This document shows positions 40,998 through 52,440 of a DNA stretch of 64,000 nt, one piece after another. The position numbers and the translations under genes are program-made. The first letter of the stretch is position 1; every line of letters begins with the position of its first letter. The DNA is from Marsupella aquatica (Eukaryota > Plantae > Marchantiophyta): the NCBI GenBank assembly GCA_973895155.1, contig OZ316895.1:16002816-16066815 (forward strand), in the 5' to 3' direction. The notes under the pieces were generated by a model. It saw nothing but the letters and a program-made list of their open reading frames with translations, was not told the DNA's origin and ran no database searches.

Positions 40998-43900
40998 ATG
41001 GAAGTTTTCTTGAAATTGTTGCTGATGCTGCTGTTGATGAGTTCTGCGAAGGCCAGCAAGGTGCACGCCGAGCACGTTACCACTGATGTCGTCATCATCG
41101 GAGCCGGTATTTCTGGTATGGCCCTTGTGTCAACTGGCCGGAAAACCAGCAGGAATATACATTGCCAGTCCATCTGAAACAGAGTTGATGAAAATTGATT
41201 GCATCCTGGCCTTAGGAGTCCAATGGAAGTTCAAATGGGGGGCGCTTAGACAAGCTATTCAAAGGACACAATAATTCTCCCATTTCATCATAAAATCTTT
41301 GTGTATATGGGTCATCTAAATGCAATTTATGCTTGCGTGATGATCTGCATTCTCGTCTCGTTGTGCGCACATTTGGCTGTAGGTCAGTATCCATTCTAGT
41401 TACAGGAGTCAGAACTTAAATAAATGCCAGTGATCGATCACTCTCTTCATCTATCAGGCACAAACCAAGCGCATGCGCGACAAATATCGATCTGGAGGCG
41501 TACCTGGAGCTGGCTCCACTCCTACACTTTGCGAAGTCGACACAGCAGTTGCGAGCGTGGCAGTAATATTATCAGATTCACAAATTGCGTGCTAGTTTGC
41601 TAGCCACGTCACGAAAATGATATCTCTGTCCATGTACCGCAAAGCTGGCTTCAATCACCACCGCTATCCCAAGTGAGCAGTCTCGTTCGTTTGAATCAAT
41701 TAAGGGGGTTTGATTGTTATTCAGGAGCGAGGTTCATTCAAATAGACAGTGTTCCACATGTATAATATAAAAGCTAACATAGGTCGTCTCTAATTATTCA
41801 CTATCAAATGCCAAACCAGATGGTTCCAACTAAGTAATTGGTTAGGTTCTGACACCTCCAACTTTGCATAACATTCCTCATAAAGAATGAGCGATTTGCA
41901 TATGATGAGAGACACTGGGAGAACGCATTCAGCCTTAAGAACGCTAACAGGATAACTAGTTAAGTTCAGGAAATTGTAAATTACTAAATACTCACACATA
42001 CTAATCCTGTTTTGTTGACATTCTTAGAACTTATTCCTGGAACTCGAGATAATGCGCATTAATGAATGATGCCTGTGCAGTAGCCTGTGCGATAGAATGA
42101 ATGGGGCCTGGGCAGTACAGTAGGATGGACCATCTCCATTCTTGAGGCTTACCCTACAAGATGTGGATTTCCTCTTGCAGGAATGACGGCCGGGAAAACT
42201 CTCTCGGACAACGGAGTGACAAACTTTGTCATCTTGGAGGCTACGGAAAAAATTGGGGGAAGGATCCGGAGCGATGAGTTCGCAGGGCTGGTGGTTGAGC
42301 TTGGTGCAAACTGGGTGGAGGGCGTCAATGGAGAAAAGCTAAATCCGATCTGGCCATTAGCTCTGGAAGTTAACTTGAGAACTTTCCTTTCTGACACCAG
42401 CAACATCAGCAGCAACATTTATGACATATCGTATGTGTTCTCCACTAATTATTCTCTCCCCGTTTAACCTGCCTAAAAATCTCATCAATCGCTCCCAAAT
42501 GGTCTATCAAGAAAAGTCACGTCGGAATGTCAGATAGTATCTCAAGCTACAGTGCAGGTCTAATGGCACCTAAAAGTATGGCTTATTGGTGATCAGTAAG
42601 TTGAGGTTGAAATCTCAGATGTCAATCGATCAACTGCGCGCAGGTATTCCCATTGTCTGCGATCTGCTCATTTGAGAAACGAATCGCTCGAAAATTCGCA
42701 CAACCACAAGTTTCGTTGCGGAAATCTGGAGATGTCAACGGGATGTGGGAGCGCTGTAGAGAAAGCATGCGCGCACTAAGCTGTTGACATTATGCAACAG
42801 ATTACAAGCATACTGTCTACGTCAGTGGCCCCAGCTGCGCTTAGATCTATATTCCGCTGAATTTGGCAGCACCAAATTTACAAGTAATTTACATAATACT
42901 ACTGATTGTTTAATGCAGCTACATATTTCCTGTCCCTTTGGTTGGTCAAATCAAGCCGGCATCGTAAGACATTCATTCCCAAACTTCGATTCCAAAACTG
43001 TTCCAAGCCAAGGATAAACTACACTTTGTGAAGGGACCAAGAATCCAATTTAAAATCTGACCAGGGAATTGGATTTCTTTTTACCTCTCTGAATCCAGCA
43101 GACAAATATGGCAAATTTGCACCTCATAGATTAGTCAATGACAGAGGTGACGATTTTGAAGGCAAAATTTTGCGGACATTTGTTCTTACTGGGTCACATG
43201 TCAGCTGAAATGCATGGTCTAGGGAATCTAACATTCTACGTGCGATGCCACTGCCCACGACTAACAGGGGCGCGTTACCAAAGCAGACCAAAGTTCAGGA
43301 GGCAACGACTGCTGTGACTGGGTACGTCACGTCTCTTGGCACATCGTTGTCGAAGAATGGGGAAGAGGATATTTCTGTCCTGACAGCACAACGCCTGTAT
43401 GGATGGTAAGCTCGAGCTCTTGGCTTAGACATGAGTCAAGAGGCTGTACATGTCAATAGGTCGCACTTTCTCCATGATGTCTAATCGTGGGTGTCATGCG
43501 GTGCCTTCTACGGATATGAAGCTTTCTTGCTGTGATCGCACAGTTCAAAGACCTATTATTGTGTCCTCAGAGCTCCGAAGCTGGTAAATTTTTACAAAAA
43601 GCGGTTGAGCTTTAGGCTGAGCTTTACCAATTTAAGGCCTGTACATTGGAAAGGTATGATCAGAAAGTAAAGCCAATAGCGAATGCTGTAAAAGGGGCAG
43701 AATTGTGGAAACCATAAGCGAAATAATGTTTTTAAAACTCAAGTTGTTCCCTCCGAGAACATCCTGATGTCAACTCAGTCTAACAAGTCAATAGACACCT
43801 GGCCAAGGCTTCATGTACTGAATTTTCATCAACCGCGCAGTGTACCTAGTTCTCCAGTCGAAATGGTGCTCGATTACGAATTCTATGACGGAGAATTTGC

Positions 43901-46263
43901 AGGTAATTCACATATTCAATGTCATGATTGGGGTAGGGAAGTTCTTGTTTAAGTTTTAACTTCATAATTAGGTCTTACATAGCGTAGACTGTTTTCGAAT
44001 GTTATATTATTTTCCGTATTCATCACAGCTCATCCCGCTCCAACCTCAGCATCTTATGTAGAAGAACTTATGAGAAATCCATCTATCATTGGCAATTCAA
44101 TATCATGCAGAATGATCTGATCTATTTGGCAGCTAATCCCATATGCACAGAACCGCCACGAGTTACAAGTTTAAAAAACACGCAGCCAGTACCGACCTTC
44201 AAAACTTTCGGAGCTGATAGCTACTTCGTTGCGGATCAGAGGGGCTATTCAGTCATCATACGTCCCTTAGCATCGTACCTTAAGAGCAAGAATGGAACAT
44301 TAACAGATTCCCGGCTAAAGCTAAACAAGGTATTGACCCAATTATATTTTGAAGTGTATGAAGACCCAACTTTATTGGCGCATATTGATTGCTACAAGCT
44401 TATGTAAAGTTTGACCTTCTTTTTCTAGCCTGTCTATGGCAAACAGCTTGACAATATCTTCTCTTCTCGACTTGCCCAGGTAGTGAGTAAGATAGAGTAT
44501 TCAGAAGATGGCGTCACTGTTCTAACCGAGGATGGCTCCACATATTCCGCAAAGGCTGCCATTTTGAGCGTAAGCTTGGGTGTGCTGCAAAGCAAACTCA
44601 TAAACTTTGAGCCGGAGCTGCCGGTAATGAACCCTAACTTCACATGATTCTCCAGCCAAAACCAGCTCAGTTTTTTTCAAAAGTCACCAAGGATTAAAGA
44701 ACACAAAGTGACGGCTTGTACACATCACTCTAGGTTTAGGTTTGAGTGTTCATTGAAGGTTCTATAAATTAGGTGAGGTACGTTGAGACAAATCCCAAAT
44801 TGTCAAAACTTTTGGTTTTGTCTACGTTGACCAAACAAAATAGCTACATCCTTCAGCTGCTTTGTTGCGCAGGAAGTACCACATACCCTTGACAGTTCGG
44901 ACCAGTAAAAGCTCTCTAACGTAGGTCAGACCTTGCGTGGGTCTCTTTGTACAGTACTGGAAACTCCAAGTTATTTCTGAATTTGATATGGCAATCTACA
45001 CAAAGATATTCCTGAAGTTCCCCACGAGCTTTTGGCGCACAGGACATGGTACAGAGTTTTTTCTATATGCCGACGGAAGTCGGGGTTACTATCCCATATG
45101 GCAGGTAATGTAGTTCCTGTCCATTCTCCTAGCTTCCTGTCGGGCCTCAGATGGTTGTTAAATGATTGTTACTTAAACTGTTACAAAGTTTTCAATCAAA
45201 TGCAAGGGGCCCTCATTAAAAGCATAAAATTTGATGTTGGGCTCAAGCTTCAAATGAGAACATCTGATATCTGTACTCGTGCATGGTGACCTTGAGCAAA
45301 TATTGACCGGTTCCATTTGAACTGTTCAGCATATGGATAATCAGTACCCAGACGCCCATATTATCTTTGTCACGGTCACGGATGACGAGTCACGAAGAAT
45401 TGAGCAGCAGTCCGACGAGCAGACTTTGACAGAAGTAATGGAAGTGCTCAAAAAAATGTTTGGGCCAGAAATTCCAGAGCCAGAAGATATTTTGATTCCC
45501 AGGTGGTGGAGCAATAGATTTTTTCGGGGAAGCTTCTCTAACTGGCCCATTGGTGTCACCCATCAGGATTTTAAGGCCCTTCAGGTGGATCATCTACTCG
45601 AAGATTGTCTGTAGACTTGCACTGAAATTACCAAAATGGCACTCAGATGAACATAACTTTGGGCAAACACATGGCCGAAATACACAACTTTTAGATCTGG
45701 AAAAACTAGTTCAATATCTAAGCAGCTGGTTCTGGAATCTGCTGTCTTTTGTCTTGTGAATCAAAACTTTGTCATGGTCTTTAGATCCTGGAGTAATCAA
45801 TCTGACTTAAACCTGGTAGCAGGCACCAATTGGTCGCCTGTTCTTCGCTGGAGAGCATACAAGCATGCACTATAATGGCTACGTTCACGGCGCTTATTAT
45901 TCAGGTACTGGCGAACTACCCTTCTCTTCATTTTATTCGAATGACAAACTTCTCTTGAATAAAATCAACCTTTATCTTTGAAGCTGGGTCATGACTATTT
46001 TTAATTGTATCTCTACAAGGCTTGCAGCAAGTAAGCAAACATGGAATAGACAAAAACTGAGAATTGGTGTTCAAATGCATCCATTCCTCCATGGTGTCAC
46101 AGGCATCGATTCTGCCAACGAGGTCAGTGACTGCCTGCAAAAGGACAAGTGCCCGTCTGCCTGGAAGCAGGGATCTAGAAATACGGTGCAGCACAAGAAG
46201 AGTCATCTAGAATCAACATGTGTTGCTCCAATTGAAGAGGTACTCGCCCCTTTGCTACAATGA
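40998..46263 (+). CDS. PAO: Polyamine oxidase (FAD-dependent amine oxidase, maize PAO1-like) with predicted signal peptide; ~10 exons, last exon boundary uncertain
   Basis: [19 protein letters not shown] signal-like start and [10 protein letters not shown] dinucleotide fold (exon 40998-41115). [19 protein letters not shown] (42181-42430), [88 protein letters not shown]. Confidence 0.93.
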
Positions 46264-49200
46264 ATTCTCCTTTCTACTAGACTGACGTAGCTGTTCAATG
46301 TTCACTTGGACATTTATGGCCCCGGTGGAATGATTTCAGTATTACATCCTGATGTGACAAGTCTCACAAATACACCAATGGTTAAAAACTCTTACTCGGA
46401 CTCTTGACAAACATAGAAGTTGAATTTGCAGCCCATCTACAAATTAGGTTGCCAAACTCTCGAAATTTGTGGTATTCTAACCATGACAGCGTGCCTCTGT
46501 GGTTTCATCAAATGAGTGATATACGCAATGTCACCGCTGAAAATAGAAGGAACTCTGTAGGTCTTCAATAAATGTTCCAGTACTCATCCCAAACCAACAT
46601 ATGGCGTACCAGACGGCCCTGCCCATCACTGAAATCAGCCGATTGGAATTCCTTATGCAGGTATTTTGACCTGTGAGTCAGGTCAATACAGACAAAGAGC
46701 AAGACAAGAATATAGTCATTGGATTTAATAACCAGGTACTATGAAACTGGTGGCATCAAGCTGCATTTGAAGAATAATGTGCAATTACTGTCCGGTGTGG
46801 CTCCAGCAGCCAGTCCCAGAAAATTCAGACCAAGCTTATCTCTCGACACAACTGTCTTGCAATTGGTAAAGAATCTGACGCAGCAGCCAAAGCGAAATTT
46901 GAAATTGGCACAGTTTTAGCCGCTCGACAGTTAAAAACACCACAAGAGACATCATAAGTTGTCGAGGTCACGTGTACACCCGTAGGAATTTAATTGACAT
47001 TCACGCATGGTAATGTCTAATAATAAACATCAGCTCCCGTTAATTTGATAAAATAAGCAGGTCTTGCATGCGAGGTACAATCATCGACTGAATCAAAAGT
47101 TTCCCTGATCTATCAATGCAGGAGCTCTTATCATCAAATGACCTAAGAACTGTTGAGCTCAAGAATTACACAGCGACGTCGTCAATTGCTCCCTAGCTAT
47201 TGAAGCAGTGATAAAATCTGTTGAATTAACGGAGCTGGCGGAAAATAAACCAAAGTTGAGCCGCAGGGCTACTGTGACAATTTACCGAAGTCTCAGCGAC
47301 CTTGGCCAGATACTAATTTGATCTCTTGAACTGCGATTCAGAGTCATATTATTAAACACTTCAAAAGGAACGATATTAAGGGCCAATGAATAGCAAAATT
47401 GACTGATAAATAGTGGCAGTGAAGTCAGATTTTAGGGTCAAGGCAGGACCAAAGAAAGCCCAAGAAAATTAAGTGATCAAATTAAGTAAGAAAATTTGTT
47501 CTCGTTCTTTTTCGTCTCATCTCAGAACGAAAACAATTTTTCTGAAAGAGGCCGAAACGGAAAAGTGGAGAGGGGACTGAACAGAAAAAAAAAACAGTGG
47601 AAAAAAAAATTGCATTCTAAGTAAAAACCACACAGAACACAAAATATGCTAAGCTGGCATGGTACTTATGATCACTAGAAGTAGACTAAATCACCTACCT
47701 CCAACTCAAAACCTAACCTCCAAGGAAAAGAGGCTATGGTCGAAACCAGGAGACAAGTCCCAAAGGAGCAACGACCCAAAAACAGGACCTTGACCTAAAA
47801 GCTAAAAACATTCAATAATCTAGTACAGAAAGATCACTAACTAGATTCACGTCACCTGACAGTGAACAATGGCTGTCTACTTGAAGATGGCTACCAATGC
47901 CTTGCTCTCCTCTTGTCCAGCCCAAAGTTCAGCCCCATGCGAACGCCCAGGCATGTCCAAGGAGCTGCGTCTATGATTCCACAACTTACCATACCCAAAG
48001 CGTGACACAGGTTGATTGAAGGCTCAGTAACTAATAATGCATTTTCAGTCGGCACTCAAATTGTTCACAATAGAAGCTAATTGTCTCAAACAGTTGCTGC
48101 AAGAAATAGAAGCTCCCATAGACTACAAGGTTTGGCAAGATGCTCAGATGGCCTGTCCAAACTCACATGGACCATTATCAAATATTGCCGCTCAGATGAC
48201 ACCTTTTTTCATTATTCAAATGCTCATTTTTGGGGTGTCCAAAGTGTTTGGTTCATTGTTCTTGAGATCAATTGATATGGTCCATCTGAGCATAAACTCA
48301 GTTGGTACAATGTGATCTGAGAAGTATTGCTCACGGACTCATGCTTAGGAGACAAACTTTAAAGATGTGGAAACCCGCCAAAGAATTGAAGCATTGCCAG
48401 CTTGCAAGGAAAACCCTGCCGCCTAATTTATTGCAACGAAGGAAGGCAACCCAATTGTGCTTTGGCCTAAACACAATAAATATATCATAAGTTAGTCTTT
48501 GTATCAGGTAACTACCATCACCTTACCACATTCAACCACTTCTTCTGGATTTACCTGGCCTATTTCTTGCACATATGGGAAATCTTGGGATGACATAATA
48601 TTATATCTTCTTGGATGAAGTATAATTGTTAATGATATCACGAGGCTAAGTAGGGATAGTATAGGTGCCTCTGTCCAGATGCTAGATAGCCAGGCATAAA
48701 AATTTCACTCAAAGTTGGAATGCCCTCTGTGAACTCATGCCACCTGTCATGGGCCCTTGATCTTGGTTATCCACACAACATAATTATGCAGTAAGCGGGT
48801 CTCCCTAACTCCCTAAGGAATAGGTTGAGGCAAAAAATCATTCAATGTTGGAGTGCACTCTTTATTAGAATGCCAACTCTGAAATAGCGCACAACTAAAA
48901 TGCTCTAGACTGGAGGTAGCATACCAAATGCTAACGAGAATGCCAGTATACGAAATTAAATAAAACTTCAAAACGAGCGCACGTTTGAGTTGTTCGATTC
49001 ATTAGCAACTAATTCTCAAGCTCTGCCTACCAATCGTAGCTCTACTCACTCTTTCGCGTTCAATTCGTTAGCAACTAGGCTCAAGCATATATTTCCTCAA
49101 GCTCCGCAAAGAAATCGTAGCTCTAGTTTAATTCACCTTCTCGTTCAATTCGCAACTGTTTTTAACATTTTGTCACGGCTACGCGCGGAGATCCGAGCTC

Positions 49201-49559
49201 TGGGCACGGACTTTTCGAGCATTCATTAGTCTTCGAATTTGACATCGAAATTGCTTCTGAGGTTTCTGCCATGATGGCAAATGATGACATTCAACAATTG
49301 TCTTCGATGAAGAAGCACAACTTTCTCGGAAAGAGTTTCCTGGCATCGATCCGTGACGTAGATATCAACATTTTTGAGAGCTTTCGTCCGGGCTTTCGTC
49401 AGGGTGGCCACACAGTCTGAAGGAGAAACAGGTCCTTTCGTCACTCACGATCCCTTCAATTTTCTCTCTACTGTTGTTGGTACAGCAACATCTCAAATTA
49501 TTGTAACTGAAGCGGTATGAAGTGAAGTAGCCCGATCCGACAAGTGACTTCTCGAAACA

Positions 49560-50895
49560 TCGCGGGAAACAGCTGCTGGGATTATCTCTCCATTATTTGG
49601 TCGTCTACAATTCTTCTCTCACCTTACTTCATCTTTCCGACAATTTCTTTAATTGGAGGAATTCCGACCTGTAGGGCCAACTGTTCCAACCCGTGTGCTG
49701 GACCTATGAATCAAAAAATCATCCTACTGGAACTGACGGCACGCTCGAATCTGCAAGAGCTCAACCTGTCTGGGAATGCGTTGACACACGCTACTTTTCT
49801 GTCACTTTTGAATCTATTAGCGTTGAGAGTCTTAGACATAGGACATTAATCTTTTTTGCCTTGAAAACCCAAAGCAGGCCCATCCAACATAGGATAGACG
49901 TCCTGCTTTGGAGCATGCATTTCCATGTAGGGCAGCCACAAGGGGACAATGCTTTGGAGCATGCATTTCCATGTAGGGCAGCCACAAGGGGACAATACCC
50001 AGGGATCCGACAGGGACCCAGACCAGGAGGAAGAGAAGATTAAACCAGAACCCAAAGTGGGCAACCAAGGCTGAGGAGATAATCAATACTCCCACCACTA
50101 CACCCCACCCACACACACACACACATACCCTCCACACCCCTTATGTGTGGAGGGAGGATTGAACCTGGGACCTCTCGGTTCTAGGCTCATCCTCTGGCCA
50201 ACTGACCAAAGCCAGTTGGTTAGCAGACATTAATCTTATGACATTGTCCTGTGGTGAATATTGAAAATCAGAGACCCTCAATTTGAGCAACAATCAGATT
50301 TCTATTACCGACATATTGATTTTTCAATGGCTGCAGAAGTCGCAGACACTTAGCTTGAAAGCTAATTTTTTTCTCAATTGGGATCAATCCCACGATCTCT
50401 GGGTGCTGTGAACGGGGCTCTGAAGACCCTTCGCTTCCTTTCACTACGCTATATATAATCTGCTTTCAGGAGCGATCCCCAAAGAGCTGGGAACTACCCA
50501 GAATCTCACTGATATAGTACCTGCTCCTCTAGTCCATTGCTCTTCTCTCAGTGTAGCACTTATGTCCGAGGATCTCTAAACTGGACAAACAGTCGCTGAC
50601 ATTGGCTTGTTATCTGAGCTCCATGCCAGGCCGTTTACATAAGGAACAAAAGTTTAACAGGCTCCATCTCTCCCAGCCTGTTGGAGTGCACCTCTCTCTC
50701 TTAAATAATCTTTAGCTTCAATTTCTTTAGTGGGGCAGGAGATTCCTCTGGCATATATTGGGTGCGCTGAGCAAAGTGGAAGATCTTCTTCTCCATGTCC
50801 TCAATCTCGGAGGTGGAATTCGTGCCTCTAGGCAACATCTCCAGTCTTCATGAAGTTTTCCTCAACAGAAGCCAGTTCATTGGATACCTTTGATC
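49560..50895 (+). pseudogene. Degenerate plant extracellular-type LRR gene fragment (LRR-RLK/RLP-like), interrupted by a SINE
   Basis: Frameshifted LRR remnants: LHLSDN..LIGGIP, LQELNLSGNALT, LRVLDIGH(N), ETLNLSNNQIS, GAIPKELG, LSFNFFSG..EIP, GNISSLHEVFLNRSQFIG. Confidence 0.75.
49854..50225 (-). mobile_element. tRNA-derived SINE, ~370 bp, 12-bp TSD
   Basis: Minus-strand head has A box TGGTCAGTTGG and B box GGTTCAATCC; short A tail. TSD gacattaatctt at 49842-49853 and 50226-50237. Internal ~46-bp tandem duplication at ~49905-49996 and a (CA)n run. Confidence 0.85.
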
Positions 50896-51063
50896 ATTTT
50901 AAATCATGAGTGCCCATCAAAAACTATAACAACAGGTCATCTTATATATCAAAACAGAGGGCGCCAAACCGGGAGACCTGATCCCTCAGGCAAAAGACCC
51001 AATCAAGGGGGGAGACCACCAAGGGGCCAAGAAAAGCAAACCCAAAGACAGGAACCCAAACGC

Positions 51064-51743
51064 CTACCTATCAGCAAACTGGAGAGCCTGGTAAAGCTCC
51101 GGTGTGAACTGCATGGGGGGGTCAAGCAAAGGAATCCTACTAGTGGCCCTAAGACCAACAGCCTCCCCCCTACGAAGAATAGTGAATGCCTGTGCCCGCT
51201 GAAGCGCAACAGACACCCTCTGTCTAAAGAATGCAGTGATGACCGACACAGGGGGATAGGGCCTCCGCTCGACGTACTGAACTGCGCAAGAGCGAAGAAA
51301 ACGATCAAAGGATGGATGTAGCGCCCCAAAGACCTCCACGGCAAACGGATAGAAGAGGTCCTCGGGGTACCGCACAGCATAGGCCTCCTCCTTCAGCCGA
51401 GCTGCCCTCGCGGCGGCATGGCCTGGTACATGAGCCACCGAAGCCACGTTGGCCCCACAAGTCGGATCAGCAACAACGACGTCCCCAAGGGCACGAACAC
51501 CAGCGCGAGAGAATACCAGATCTGCTCGACGACGATCAGAAACCCCATCCCGTGGAGGTAACACATGTCTCTGCTCCTTCATGATATGGTAACCAGAGTC
51601 ACGGGCAATGGCCGCCACCACGTCCCGAATGTCGTCGTGTGTCGCAGTCCTCTCACTACCATGACCGCACCTGAGAATGTGAATGCCTTGCCCATCAAGG
51701 GGCGCTCCACAGACGCAAGTGGGCTGACCCAAGAGGCAAGGGT
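51064..51743 (-). pseudogene. C-terminal CCHC zinc knuckle and restriction-like endonuclease domain of the CRE-like LINE
   Basis: CVCGAPLDGQGIHILRC, ATHDDIRD, RRADLV, DVVVADP, KEEAY and FYPFAVEVFGAL match the RLE (PD..D-type) motif series. Confidence 0.85.
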
Positions 51744-52440
51744 TGTCATGCCGAGGGACAGTGCCTCTTGTGCACATCGGCACGTCCCTCGCATGCCCGC
51801 TAGGTATGGTTAGGGCTAGTTACTACTTGAGTTAGTGTCATGTTCTTGTAGCGAGTCTGGGCTATTCTTGAAGCAAAAGGGGTTTGTTAGTGTGACGCCT
51901 GGACCCGGTCCTACTTAGGGCATGTTTTTCTTTGCCGTTCTGCAGTTCTTCTTGAATCGCTGTGAGATAGAGTTTTTCAGAGGCTGCTCGTCGGTTCCGT
52001 ACACGGAATTCACACAGTGATTCGTTAGATGCTCCCGGCTGATCTTGGCATCTCGCCGGTTTTCGATTTGATTTCAGTACGTTTGTTTCTATCACGCTTT
52101 TTATTCAAGAAGAACTCCCTGTGAAATGTCAGCGGCAGTTGTATCTTACGTGTATACACATCAGGGAGGGACCGTTTTTGTTGTTTTTATTCCTTTTTAT
52201 TTTGACCCTCTTAGGCAAGGCCGACATACACGGGGCCAATTTCATTCTCTTTAGCCCCGGCCTCCTTGCCTCACGCCGTTTATTTTATTTGTGGGTTAAT
52301 TTTCTAAGCCTTGGGGTTGCCATTTCTTTTCTTGTCAGTTTCTTTCCCGACAACACCAGATACCACCAGACAAAGAGGGGGGGTGGAGACATTTCCTGTT
52401 GCTACCATTTCCAATTTGGCACCCCGGGTTAGCATGCAGC

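Noticed and set aside
47600-49450. Short ORFs and TE-like fragments between PAO and the LRR remnant
   Set aside because: No recognisable motifs, termini or consistent frame.
50140-50222. Functional tRNA gene
   Set aside because: A and B boxes are present but there is no convincing cloverleaf acceptor stem; it is the head of a TSD-flanked SINE.
52417-52432. tggcaccccggg as a tRNA primer-binding site, with G-tract 52375-52383 as a PPT
   Set aside because: It is not adjacent to a sequence matching the element's 3' terminus, and I cannot match it to a specific tRNA without a search.
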